DNA from: Rhynchobatus australiae | Lineage: Eukaryota | Assembly: GCA_034780895.1 (NCBI GenBank) | Contig: JAUZTB010000062.1 | Location: forward strand, 31,430,477 to 31,494,476 | Direction of reading: 5' to 3' | DNA: 64,000 nt | Part shown: positions 13,108-26,278 of the stretch, one piece after another | Layout: every line of letters begins with the position of its first letter | Position numbering within the stretch: the first letter of the stretch is position 1 | The notes under the pieces: generated by a model | Seen by the model: the letters and a program-made list of their open reading frames with translations, nothing else | Told to the model about the DNA's origin: nothing | The model's database searches: none | Made by a program: the position numbers and the translations under genes

Positions 13108-13201
13108 CAGTTTTAGCACTAGAGTTGGTTAGGTTTTGCAAACACTGATCTCTATACAAGGACCAGTTACTGACCGTATCCTCCAGTAGTGTGCCATTGA
13201 C
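13108..13201 (-). CDS. glp2r: glp2r coding exon 2 (94 nt, ECD N-terminal helix with first Cys)
   Basis: Acceptor cctgtttattctacag|, donor ACTG|gtgagc. Encodes VNGTLLEDTVSNWSLYRDQCLQNLTNSSAKT(G), containing the class B1 W..Y...C motif. Confidence 0.92.
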
Positions 13202-13559
13202 CTGTAGAATAAACAGGATGGAAGATGTAAACAAATCTCAAAGAAACTTAAACAAGAAAAATTCTTTACAAATTATCAAAGGCAAGGATTGTTGTTATGA
13301 TTTTGTGGAAAGCAATGTAGTTGATTCCAAATGAAGTGAATACTTAAACATTAGTTCTTTATTTATCTCCCCTTCTAATCTTCAACCCCTATGGCAACAT
13401 TTACTGCATCCTTAGCCTTATCTAAGTTTCTGAAAAAGTGTACCAGGCATGTTAAAGGTATAATCCAGTACAATGAACATCACAAGACTTTTATCAAGGC
13501 CTGCTTGAACAATCTGCTGACAAAATTTGGGTCAGTTGATCTTGTGATTTATTAACTAA

Positions 13560-14520
13560 CTAGAGATTTCAGTCTGGATTCCCAGGCTGTGAGGTTCTNN
13601 NNNNNNNNNNNNNNNNNNNNNNNNNNNNNNNNNNNNNNNNNNNNNNNNNNNNNNNNNNNNNNNNNNNNNNNNNNNNNNNNNNNNNNNNNNNNNNNNNNNN
13701 NNNNNNNNNNNNNNNNNNNNNNNNNNNNNNNNNNNNNNNNNNNNNNNNNNNNNNNNNNNNNNNNNNNNNNNNNNNNNNNNNNNNNNNNNNNNNNNNNNNN
13801 NNNNNNNNNNNNNNNNNNNNNNNNNNNNNNNNNNNNNNNNNNNNNNNNNNNNNNNNNNNNNNNNNNNNNNNNNNNNNNNNNNNNNNNNNNNNNNNNNNNN
13901 NNNNNNNNNNNNNNNNNNNNNNNNNNNNNNNNNNNNNNNNNNNNNNNNNNNNNNNNNNNNNNNNNNNNNNNNNNNNNNNNNNNNNNNNNNNNNNNNNNNN
14001 NNNNNNNNNNNNNNNNNNNNNNNNNNNNNNNNNNNNNNNNNNNNNNNNGTTAGGCTGCAAGGTTCCAAGATAGAAAATGAGGTGCTGTTCCTTTAAGTTT
14101 GCACTTGGAATTCTCTTGGCAGTGGAGGAGGCCGAGGACTGACATATCTGTGATTGTGTGGGAGGGAGAGTTGAAGTGATTGGCAATGGGGAGATGCATA
14201 TCTACTCCAGCTTTATTTCTCCTTACCTTTGATCCATCCCCTGGTGGATCTGTTCTCCCCTCCTCCCGTGTACTGCCTATCACTACCTCTTACCTGCACC
14301 TACCTATCACCACCCTGTGCCCACCCGGCCTCCCCTCTTTTGTCCCTATCACTGCTCTGCTTGTCCCTCCTATATATGGGGCTTCCCCTTTTCCTATCTT
14401 CAGTCCTGAAGAAAGGTCCTGACCTGAAACATTGACGGCGGATGCTGCCTCCCTGCTGAGTTCCTCCAGCATCATTGTGTTTTTCATCTAGATTCCAGCA
14501 TCTGCAGTCCTTTGTTTCTC
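13560..14520 (-). mobile_element. Penelope-like retroelement relic (GIY-YIG endonuclease C-terminal part plus terminal repeat)
   Basis: Minus-strand PIANHFNSPSHTITDMSVLGLLHC...KEQHLIFYLGTLQP, typical of the Penelope endonuclease C-terminus. The gatgctgcct..cctgctgagtt terminal motif recurs at about 9220, 11690, 27900, 38650, 43500, 44130, 46270, 58260 and 58885. Confidence 0.8.
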
Positions 14521-17500
14521 CTGAGGCTATTACTTGTGGCTCCACAAATTTATGAGCTGCTCCTGTTCTGCAGATCAGTCTGCCTTTCCAAGTAGATGGA
14601 AGATTCGGGGCCTCGCTTCTAACATCTAGAATGAGGTTAGAATTCTAGGGATTGCTGTTCTCCCTAACCAGCGTCACAATTCTCCACTGATTGAATGGTA
14701 CATTTGGAATTTCCATTTTTATTTATGTTTAAGATTACATTCTATCTGCTTATATTTGTAAATCAAAAGCCAGTAAGTTAAACAATTATAATTTATATTT
14801 CTCTTTTAATATTTTCTGCCTTACTGAGTTAAGTTGGTAGAATTGCTTTTGGCAAAGTACCTTTCCAGGACAGAAAGGTATGCAAGGCCGCAGTGGTTGG
14901 GTCAACTAGCCTGTAGCCATTTTGGCATTTCAATGCATGATGTATCACCGCACTACACAGGGGCTGCATTCCTAGAAAACTCTCCTTTTTGCGAGTTTCC
15001 ATGATGTGAGTCCCTTTTTCCCATTGAATCCCCTGTTATAAGTGGAGATGCACTCTGATGGGAAATGCACTTTCAGCAGTAATGCCCCCATGGGTGTGTG
15101 GTCTAAAGGCAAAGGAATTCTGATTGTATTATAGGCAGAAGATAAAGGGTTGCTGTTTTAAGTAACTAGAAGTGGATGTTAAATTGTTTTTTAAAGTATT
15201 GTTTGCACAAGCATCAATAGAAGAGATTGCTTTCTCAGTTTCCAAAGCCTTAACTGACCTCCCACTGCAAACCGGAAGTCTGCAATCTTTTTTTCTTGGT
15301 AAACTAGTTCAGTTCTCTTTACACATTTTATATTCATTTTCTTTTCACATAACTTATTTTTATTCCTATATGAAATTTTTTGGTAGTGATTTGTGAATTC
15401 CATAAAAGTGAATTTTAGTTACCTGAACAGCCATATCGTGGGGTACTCTGTAGTTTTACATAAGGATGTTTTTGTAGAGCTTAAAAGAGGCTAGACAAAC
15501 TGCAGTATTTGAAGAGGCTGATCATTGTTCAAGTAACCAATTGCATTTAGTTGAAATAGATTTAAATAATTTAAAACATGAAAAAACTTATAAAATTAAA
15601 ACATTAAGAAATAATATCTGTTTAAAATATCAACAATGAAAATTAATTAAAATAATAATAATTAAAATAAAGAATAAACAAAACAAACCAACTCACTTGC
15701 ACTTGCACCTTCCATCCAGATCACTAAAACCATTCAGGGGGCTATACTACATACTCCAGTCATATTTGTTGTAAAGTTGAACAATCAGAAACAAATTACA
15801 TTTGATCCAACAGCTCAGGATGTTGGTTTTCTGCCCTTGGACGGTGCTGAGTCCAATGAGATGGAAAGGGGACTGACCTGTCAGCATCTGACCTGCTGAC
15901 CTTCTTCACTGCTGCCATGTGCAGGTGTGCAAGTCAGGAACAAACCAACTCATGGAGACCAGCCTACCTCGTCTGCACCACTGGCTACATGTAAGCATGT
16001 TTCTGCACATAGTGTGGGCTGAAGGGCCAGTGCCTGTGCTGTTCTATGTTCATACAATTGATCTCAGAGACCACATTCACAATTTTAATTATCATTTTGC
16101 CTTGGCTTGCTACTGGAACACGAACTAATGAATAAGAGTGCGGTTACTGTACCTGGGAAACATGTCCTTATTTATCCAGCGCTCTTACTTGATGCTGTGG
16201 TAACATCACAGAGCAACTATTCATGATCACAAGAGGAAAGGATCCCTTTATCATTCTCACTCTCTTACCAGCTAAAACAATTTGTTGACCACCTCTTACA
16301 TTGTTGCATTAAGAGGTTAGTCACAAGTTACTTGTGTTCAACAAAATTTATTGTCAGGGATGTTTTCTGCATTTTTCAATAAAATAATAAAACAGATGGG
16401 GAGCAAAAGATCATGAGAGGCATGCCACAATGAAATGAAGGTTGAANNNNNNNNNNNNNNNNNNNNNNNNNNNNNNNNNNNNNNNNNNNNNNNNNNNNNN
16501 NNNNNNNNNNNNNNNNNNNNNNNNNNNNNNNNNNNNNNNNNNNNNNNNNNNNNNNNNNNNNNNNNNNNNNNNNNNNNNNNNNNNNNNNNNNNNNNNNNNN
16601 NNNNNNNNNNNNNNNNNNNNNNNNNNNNNNNNNNNNNNNNNNNNNNNNNNNNNNNNNNNNNNNNNNNNNNNNNNNNNNNNNNNNNNNNNNNNNNNNNNNN
16701 NNNNNNNNNNNNNNNNNNNNNNNNNNNNNNNNNNNNNNNNNNNNNNNNNNNNNNNNNNNNNNNNNNNNNNNNNNNNNNNNNNNNNNNNNNNNNNNNNNNN
16801 NNNNNNNNNNNNNNNNNNNNNNNNNNNNNNNNNNNNNNNNNNNNNNNNNNNNNNNNNNTGGTTGCCACAGTTACCACATTGGTCTTTCAGTGCAATATCC
16901 AAGTGCAACAGATGCAATGCAAATTATGTCCTGTTGTTAACTCTTCATGTTACTTTCATTACATTTTTAGTCTGGACTGATAGTTCTATGTATCTTCTCT
17001 ACCAGTAACACGTGAATTATCAAACATAGTCATGTCTCTTTACCTAGAACTGCATCAATTACTCATCTGATGTAGACTATTACATCCTGATATATCAGGC
17101 ATTATGTCTAGCAACCAGAGTTCAGTGTTTGGACTGATACTCAGCAGACTTAGTTCCCATCAAAGAACTATGCACAGGCCATATGGCTATTGCAGATAAA
17201 ACCCAGAGGTCCTGTTGGTTTGCTGCACAGTTCATCTAACTGAATTCACAGAGAAAGGAATTTAGTAGATGACAAGCCACAAATTCAGACACTGTGCCTG
17301 GACTATTTTTAAAATGAGTGACTTCTTTCCACAACAAATATTGTTGCTCAATGAAACTTGGCAGGTGGGTGCCAGCCTTTTCTTAGTGCAGAGCTTCATT
17401 CCTTGGGTTGCAACAGATTCTGCTTTCACAAAACATTCGGTAATCTCTACTGTCTGTAGGCTCTTTGGTGCTGCTGTTCACTAAGGCAAACCGCAGAGGT

Positions 17501-20499
17501 AAAGCTACCAATGAAGCAAACAGCATTGAAGGCAGACAACTCCGAACTACCAACAGCAACTGGTTCAACAATGCATCAAATGTCATTAGGTATGGTATAC
17601 TCAGTTCTTAAAGGTACATTAATCCCCTAATAATACAATGCATCTCTTTAAAAAGTAATAAACCCTGACAACAATCAATTATTTATTTGCATTAAATTAT
17701 ACCATCACTTCACTGCCTACAGAAATTATATAATCAAATAATTATGAACAGAGAGATTTATGCAGAGAAGACTAAGAGATGGAATAAATAAATTTAGTTA
17801 GATCAGTCTCTTTGACTTCTCGACCACAAATTTTTCACTCGTGCTGTATTTAACAACTCTGAGTTATCCGTTCCGAGTATTGGTAATGCCAATGGATAAC
17901 TTCTCCAGATAGACTTCATTTACATCTGATCTCATATTCTATACTCAATTGTTTAGTAACAGTTTTCTCCATACCTATAGGTAGTTATAAATACAAAGCA
18001 TTACATCTTTTTCTAAACATCAACTGTTAACATTAAACTTAATACAGGCCAATATTACTTAACAATGTCTACAGTAACTACATTATGCATTTTTTCTGGT
18101 ATATTATGTGATACTATGAACTCAATTTCAACAATTTCTTCTTTAGTTGCTCTCTAAGGTTCTCGATCTTTGTGCCTCAGTTTTCACTCTATGTTGTGAG
18201 TTGCCCTCCACTCTATCTCCTGACAGATGCTGGACCTTTCTTCTTTCCTGCTACCCCTTTGGAAGTTATTCAGTTTTCTCCTTAAGACTTTCACTTTCCG
18301 GGTTGTCTCCCAGGCTTTCTGTTCTGCTGCGACAATTTTCAGCTTTCAGTTACATTTTGGCTGTGCTGTGTCAGGCTGACATCAAGAAATCCCTGCCTAC
18401 TTTGACATCTTTTGTAGGATCTTTGAAACTTTAGAACTGCCTCCACATTGCAACACAAATTTCTCTTAAAGCATTCAACTCAGTCTGCACTTGATTCAGT
18501 CCATTCATCAATTCTGTAAACAACAAAAGCCTTCTTCCCTAACACCCACACATCCTCATCTTCAGCACAGTACCATCTGTGCCAGATGTAATTGAGGTTA
18601 CCTTGCCCTTTCTATTTCACCTGCTCTGTGCGTTCTTTTAATGACACAGCCATCATCTCAAATCTCAAGTGAACTGGCTCTCGTACCATCTTGAACATAT
18701 TACCAATGTTTCCTCTTAATAAACTGCTATCGAGGATTGTGAATATTACTATTGCTCTGTCCAAATGAATGGTGAGATCATCATGTTCAACATGGTCTCT
18801 CCTTCCTTCTGCGTATCTCTCCCTGCTCTCATTCACTGCCTGCTTGTTACTTTGCTTTGCAGGTTTGTCTGTAACTTAGTATTAATCACCACAGATGCTT
18901 CAGTCATGGGTGCCTTCTGCCCTGGTAGCTTACTGCCGTCAAAATCCAAAAGTTTTGATACTTGATGAACCACAGCAAAGCAGACATGGCCAACCCCTTA
19001 ATGACAGGTACCTGAATGCCCAGCATTGCAAATCCCTGGTTTTCAAGGAATGTTCTTAAAATTCCCTTCATGTCACGGAGATATAATTTTTGTTGATATT
19101 TCCAACTTGCATTACCAACTCGCTTCTAGAAGCATCATATTCCCATTCTCCAGCTTCCAGGCTCACCACAGCCCTTGGCCTTTACATCCTTCACTCTTTC
19201 TTTGATCTCTTCAGCGCACAATCTTTGCATTCACCCAGCTTCTGGTTTCACCTTCTTCAGGAAAGTCTCACATTTAGCTGTTTATCTTAACTTTCAGCCC
19301 AAACTTCATATTCTTGTTCAGGTATTCTGTTGCCAGATTCTCCCTTCAATGTTGACAATGTCTTGCTATCTATACCTTGATCATCACACGTGCCCATGTG
19401 CACTCAATTCCATGTACCACTTTCTCATGTGGTAGCCTTTGATTTTTTTGTTTTTCAGGACAACTTTCTTGGAGAAATAGTTGATGAATTTGCATGGAAT
19501 GGTCCATGAACTGTATATTGCTTGGCCTCTCTCTAAACCATTTGACCAGTGATCTCGTTTGCCGGGATTAATACATGACTGACTCATGGATCTCCTCCTT
19601 GTCTAATACAATAAGTTTTCCAAATATGTCAATGATTCCTGGCCCCTAGCTACAGTAGTTAACTGGACCCATCTATCTCCATTGGCAATCAAATAGATTA
19701 CTCCCCGTAACTCAGAATCATTGCATGCATTGCTTTTCAACGTCATTTTGCTCTCCCTCAATGGTGGTTGAGATATTTCCAATACCTACCCTACAACAGA
19801 GAGACTTACGGCAACATCAAACGCATGTTTATGATTGCTTTCTCTAAAAGTCTTCTCTATATCCTTCACTTCAGTTATGTATACCATTCAATAGCTCAAT
19901 TTTCTTCTCCTTGTTATCTAATTCCACCATGTATTCAGTACCCTAGTGGGACTGGTCCATCCCTGTTTAAGTAGAAAATCTCAATTCCTAAAATGACGTG
20001 GGGAAACAGTTTTTTTACATTGTGCAGAGTTAGAGTTTGAAATGCACTGCCAGGGTAGCAGGGGAGGCAGGTTCAATTGCAGTGTTTAAAAAGGAGCNNN
20101 NNNNNNNNNNNNNNNNNNNNNNNNNNNNNNNNNNNNNNNNNNNNNNNNNNNNNNNNNNNNNNNNNNNNNNNNNNNNNNNNNNNNNNNNNNNNNNNNNNNN
20201 NNNNNNNNNNNNNNNNNNNNNNNNNNNNNNNNNNNNNNNNNNNNNNNNNNNNNNNNNNNNNNNNNNNNNNNNNNNNNNNNNNNNNNNNNNNNNNNNNNNN
20301 NNNNNNNNNNNNNNNNNNNNNNNNNNNNNNNNNNNNNNNNNNNNNNNNNNNNNNNNNNNNNNNNNNNNNNNNNNNNNNNNNNNNNNNNNNNNNNNNNNNN
20401 NNNNNNNNNNNNNNNNNNNNNNNNNNNNNNNNNNNNNNNNNNNNNNNNNNNNNNNNNNNNNNCCCCCATGACACTTATAACATCAGGACACATTGAATG

Positions 20500-21430
20500 G
20501 GCATTCTGAGGTCAGGTGACTCCCATGGCAAGATTTCCTGACTTTCCACCTTCCCCATTTACTCCTTTCCTTCCAAACCCACTTGCAGCTTCCTCTTGAC
20601 CCATTTGCAAAGAAGACAATGATGGCAACATTACTGTTTCTGTGGGCTTGTTCCTTGTTTGCATCTCAACACCATGCCCTCGGCAAAACTGCTCAACACA
20701 CCATCTCCGAAGTGGTGGCAATTTGCACACTCCCTCGGGTGTTGTCCAGCATTTGAATAATTCACACACAAAGTGATCTCAGTGTCTGATCAAAAAGGAT
20801 TTGGCAATTGCACCTTGTTGCTATATGTTTGCCAACCATTTCCTCTGCTCCTTGGGTGCACGTGCAAGACTTGTAGCTCCCAATAATCGCTGAAGGGGTT
20901 GGAGTAAACTGTCCCTTCAAGATTTTTGCAATGACCTCGCAATGCACCTGGTCTGTAGTATGTTGTGTTAAGAGATATGATATGTCCCTGCCTTATTACA
21001 AGCACAATACCACATTGTAATGTGGTCAGCATTGTTCTGTTCTGTATCCTCCCAGGGCACCTTGACCATATTGTCCACTCTTATAAACTTTCATGCAGGG
21101 CAAATGACCGACACCAGTCTTTTCTCTTCAGCTAACTAACTGACAGAGGTTCAGACAAGACCGTCCCCTCACTGGGGTGCGGGCTTCAGCAAAGTTTGCG
21201 CTGACAGCATACAAGGAGAGCCATCAAACTCAGCTCGAGTCATTTTGGGGGGATGGGGTGGAGAACGATATCTTCAGTGTATTCAGTGTCCTGAAACATG
21301 TCAGAGAGGGTTTCTAATTTTGATGCAGCCATTACAGGATATACGTACATCGTCCCCTCTGGAGGTTCTTCAGATACAATTAGAGTGGCCATCACATTGA
21401 AATGCATTAAGACATGACAGAAGAAACACA
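20500..21430 (-). mobile_element. Decayed Harbinger-like (HARBI1/DDE_Tnp_4) transposase relic
   Basis: Frameshifted pieces in the expected order: KLETLSD (N-terminal), LQCGIVL..QGHIISLNTTY.RPG (cf. NVQ.VCD..G.I..V.A..PGS), EITL...FKC and CKIA. Recognised by eye only. Confidence 0.4.
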
Positions 21431-23054
21431 CATTAAATGATTGGAGGCACTATGTAGCATCTTAGTGACTCAGGTTTCAAGGGGCTCTCATTTCCTCCCT
21501 GCATCAATGACCATGAGTTCAAACTTTGCTGTAGTTGTACCTTTAATGGCACTTGGCATTGACTAGAATTACTCCTGTGGCCCACAATCCAGAGACAGCT
21601 TGCTGACTAAGATGCTGAAGGTGTGAGCTGGTGACAATGCAGTGAGGGAAATAGAACATGTGGAACTGGAGTGGTCAGGGCAAATAATCATGCAGCTCCT
21701 TAATGCTACACAAAGGAGGATTTTAAAAAATGTAATTGATGAATAGTTGTTATTTACTAAATTAGTTCACAACCCAAATCCCCATACACAGACAAGGTAG
21801 CTTCTGTGCTAGAACAGTCACTTGGCAGATATTAATATAACAAAAACTACTGTTCATCGTACATAGTCCCAAATACTGCAGCAAATTTAGTCTGTTATGC
21901 AAATCCTGGAGTTTAATGACTTTCAGTGCATGTTACTAATGAGGCAAAGAGCAAAGTGCTATTTTTGAGATGGTTATGATGGTGTAGGACAACTCAATGT
22001 TTACACATAACTGCAGGTCTGCCTCGTACCTGAAGTTATCATATTATTTACACGAAAACAACAGAGAAGCCGTTAATCTCACAATTATTTTGATGGCTTG
22101 ACCNNNNNNNNNNNNNNNNNNNNNNNNNNNNNNNNNNNNNNNNNNNNNNNNNNNNNNNNNNNNNNNNNNNNNNNNNNNNNNNNNNNNNNNNNNNNNNNNN
22201 NNNCCTGGCCAAATTAAAACTATTCCAAGATTCAAGAATACTTCATTCAATAATTGGATGTTTAAGAATACCTTATTTTCTCATATCAATATATAAAAAA
22301 TCCAATTTAACCAGAAAATATATTTTACTCTATGTAACTGGGCTATTTTGCACAGAAATCCTTTTCATCTGGCAATATAGCTGATAACTTACTAATAATA
22401 TACTGTATGTAGATTATTTGTCAGGACCTGAAAATTGTAATTTTCTGCACTTTGAAAACACAAATTATATAACAACTTAGTAGTTAGTTTTGTGAAAATT
22501 CCTAAACTGCACATTTCTGTAGAGTTAGTAACATTTCTTATTTCATATAGATGGCATATGCTACCTAATGGAAGCAAGATTATTGTTGCCATCCTTAAAA
22601 GAATTAGCAGGTTGACTGCAGGAGAGGGAGGATTGAGCTCTTATTTTAATATTTTGACACAAACACAAGGATGATAAATTGCAGATGGGCAAGGAACAAT
22701 GCGTTTTGAATATACAGCATTGCATATAAAAGCCTGCTTTCAGAACATGTATTTGTAAAATCTGCAGTCAATTCCTGTCATTGGCCAACTTAATAAATTT
22801 GCAATTTACACTATATTGTCTGGCTTGCCTTAGTCAGGACAGTTTTGCAATGTCTCTTCATCCTACTAATGTGTTTTAGATCAGAAAAAAGTTCAGCGAT
22901 TACAATATATCACACAGCAGAATAAAAAGCTATTTGTCATTATGTCTGTCCCAGTTCTTTCTGAAAGTAACTCAAATACTCTAACTTCCTTTTTATTTCC
23001 CTGTGCTCGGAAAATTATTCCTTTAAAATATTTATCAAATTCCCTTCTAAAGTT

Positions 23055-23680
23055 ACACTACAGGAAGGAGATAGAGAGCTTAGTGGAATGGTGTCATGAC
23101 AACAAAACAAAAGAGCTGGTCATTGACTTCAGGAAAGGGTGCAGAGTACGTACACCTGTCCACATCAATGATGCTGAGGTTGAGAGGGTCGACAGCTTCA
23201 AGTTCCTGGGAGTGAACATCACTAACAGCCTGTCCTGGTCAAATCACATAGATGCCATGGCCAAGAAAGCTCACCAGTACCTCTACTTCCTCAGGAGGCT
23301 AAAGAAACTCTGTGTGTCCCCATTGACTCTCACCAACTTTTACTGATGCACCATAAAAAGCATCCTATCTGGATTTATCACGACTTGGTACAGCAACTGC
23401 TCTGCCCAGGACTGCAAGACACTGCAGAGAGTTGTGGACATAACCCAGCGCATCACAGACACCAGCCTCTCCTCCTTGGACTCTGTCTTTACCTCTCGTT
23501 GTCTTGGCGAAGCAGCCAGCATAATCAAAGACCCCATCCACCCAGGTCATTCTTCTCTCCTCTTCCATCGGGTAGAAGATACAGGAGCGTGAGAGCACGT
23601 ACTACCAGACTTGAGGACAGCTTCTACCCGACTGTGATAAGACTATTGAACGTTCCCTTGTACGATGAGATGGACTGTGN
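23055..23680 (+). mobile_element. L2/Rex1-type non-LTR retrotransposon 3' fragment (RT C-terminus, DUF1891-like)
   Basis: YRKEIESLVEWCHDN-KTKELVIDFRK...FKFLGV...LYFLRRLKK, then a stop/frameshift and LPSGRRYRS. Confidence 0.9.
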
Positions 23681-24032
23681 NNNNNNNNNNNNNNNNNNNN
23701 NNNNNNNNNNNNNNNNNNNNNNNNNNNNNNNNNNNNNNNNNNNNNNNNNNNNNNNNNNNNNNNNNNNNNNNNNNNNNNNNNNNNNNNNNNNNNNNNNNNN
23801 NNNNNNNNNNNNNNNNNNNNNNNNNNNNNNNNNNNNNNNNNNNNNNNNNNNNNNNNNNNNNNNNNNNNNNNNNNNNNNNNNNNNNNNNNNNNNNNNNNNN
23901 NNNNNNNNNNNNNNNNNNNNNNNNNNNNNNNNNNNNNNNNNNNNNNNNNNNNNNNNNNNNNNNNNNNNNNNNNNNNNNNNNNNNNNNNNNNNNNNNNNNN
24001 NNNNNNNNNNNNNNNNNNNNNNNNNNNNNNNN

Positions 24033-24290
24033 ATCTCCCCACTTATTTCTCTCTCACATGCCCATCAACTCCCAGTTCTCCGACCACCCCCTAGTAAGGG
24101 GCAATTTACAGTAGCCTATTGATCTACAAACAACACACCTTTGGGATGCGGGAGGAAATCAGAGCACCCAAGTAAAATCCACGCAGTCACAGGGAGAATG
24201 TGCAGACTCCACAGACCCAAGGTCAGGATTGAACCTGCGTCTCTGGAGTTCTGAGGCAGCAGCGTTAACTGCTGCACCATAATGCTGCCC
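24033..24290 (-). mobile_element. V-type SINE
   Basis: Reverse-complement tRNA-like head and V-domain. Confidence 0.8.
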
Positions 24291-26207
24291 ACATCACAAC
24301 AACTTGCTGCATAAAAAAACTCACCTTCATCCCCTTCATTCTTTGTCAACTTTAGTTCCAACTTAGTTGCCAAATCTCCCATCAGTAGAGACAAGTTCTC
24401 CACATCAATTCCATCTATACCTCTCACGATTTTCAATATATCCATTGAACCTTCCCTTAACACTCTCTGTTCTGTGGTGAAAAATCTCAGATACAGAACT
24501 ACAATTAAGAAATTCATTGTTTCTGGAGAAAATCAGATATCGTGATTTGGATGTAGGTTCGAGTGGCTTTATGACAAAGAGAAATTCCAGTGAGATGCCA
24601 CCTAGTGTATGAGCTGAGTGATGTAATAGAAGACCTCATTCATTGCCAGAGATAACTGTAGTGCTTATTGCTTTCTCAAGTGTAATCCTTCTGATTGGAA
24701 ATACAATATTATATAGCTAGCCAGGGAGCTGGAAAGTTTATTCCTATAACATAAGAAGGGTCACTATCAGGAGGATTGGCACAAAATAAAACAGATTTTT
24801 TGCTGATGAACCCTATTTTGTTTTTGGCTGTTTTAAGGGANNNNNNNNNNNNNNNNNNNNNNNNNNNNNNNNNNNNNNNNNNNNNNNNGAGACAAAACTC
24901 ATCACAAAATGTAAAAATCGCTAAATGTGAAGGAAGAATCAGTAAATAAAGTACTTCATTTAAAAAAGGGCTGAGGTAGAATATTTTAGTTATTCAAGAA
25001 ATTTGTGACAACCTTTGTATATTACATTTCTTACATTTGCGTAAACTGCATTGAACAGAATGGGGGAGAGAGATCGGAAAAGGAATGATGGGATAAAGAA
25101 GAAAATAAGGAAGAGAACATGAGTGGGAGCAACTGAGAAGAGAGAACAAGAGAATGAAGACGAGCAAGATGCAAGGACGAGAGAGAATATTTTACTTTTG
25201 TTCTGATCTATCTGATGGTTATGGTTGTTTGACAACACAGTATCTGGATTAGTAAGCAAATACATTGACTTGAATTTCAACTTCTTAAAAAAAGACAAAT
25301 GCATAAATTTTGAAATTTGAAATGCAGATCCCATTATTTGTAATGGTCAATTCCTGTCACTGGCTAACTTAATACATTTCCAGTTTGTAACATTTTGGAT
25401 GGCTTGCTTTAGTCGGGACGGTTTCGCAATGTCTCAGTTCATTCGACAAATGCTGTCTATGATTCCATCTCAATTTACATATAAGGCAGGCTTTTTAAAA
25501 GCAAAATATATAATTTTGTTTTACTCGAACAATCAATGAAGAATGTCATACAACTCTTAATTAATCATTTCAATATCCTGCCCCCTTCACTGGCAGAGTT
25601 AACAGCAGATGAAATATTTGCTTTGTACAGGATCTGATCTTTAACATGTAAACTGAATCTGTTTTGGTATTACTTTGTTACTCCAACTGGTTATCAGATT
25701 GGAATTATTGTGTTTGCATCTGTGCAATAGTGGAAAATGAAGTGTGACTTTTGGATGAAGTTCTACAAAAAGTTTATATGGTGTTTTGTGTAGGAATCTT
25801 GTGTTTACAGTCCAACAAGCTTTTTTTGAAATCGCTGAGGTGTGGTGCATTTTATGCTGCAAAATTTCAATTCAGTTCAAGTGATAGTATGTGTCGCTTA
25901 GTGGAAGCAACATTGACACTTTGCAATTTCAAAATCTTTCCAGCATCAGTCATTCGAATTTTTAAAATGGTAATTCATCCTGCTTGTGTGCTCTGCCGCT
26001 GACAAATCCTCTCCTTCACTTGGAACAATAATGTGAGGGTCATGCTATTGGACCAGTAATCCTGAGCAAATAATCCAAAGCACAAATCCCAGAACAAACT
26101 TTTATTTTTGAGTGTTCTGTTCTCTTCATAGGATATAAATCTGCTATTGTTTGTGAAAGATTTTTGAGGAGAAGACAGCTTTAGAGAAATTTCCATTAGC
26201 CAACTGA

Positions 26208-26278
26208 GCTCGGATAACTCAGTCGTTAGAATATCAGCCATTTAATTGTGGGTCCGGGGTTCAGTATCTGGTTTTGCT
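26208..26278 (+). pseudogene. Degenerate tRNA-Lys(UUU)-derived sequence
   Basis: gctcggataactcagtcgttagaatatcagccatttaattgtgggtccggggttcagtatctg aligns collinearly with the vertebrate tRNA-Lys-UUU GCCCGGATAGCTCAGTCGGTAGAGCATCAGACTTTTAATCTGAGGGTCCAGGGTTCAAGTCCCTG. Stems and B-box are disrupted. Confidence 0.7.

Noticed and set aside
13175-13201. 27-nt micro-exon using an internal gtcagt donor
   Set aside because: The downstream donor at 13108 gives the correct phase and keeps the conserved W/Y/C residues; the short form would shift the frame at exon 3.
18890-19050. Apparent gag zinc knuckles (ICNAGHSGTC / VCF..GSS)
   Set aside because: It needs several frameshifts and lacks key Cys/His residues, so it is too weak to call.
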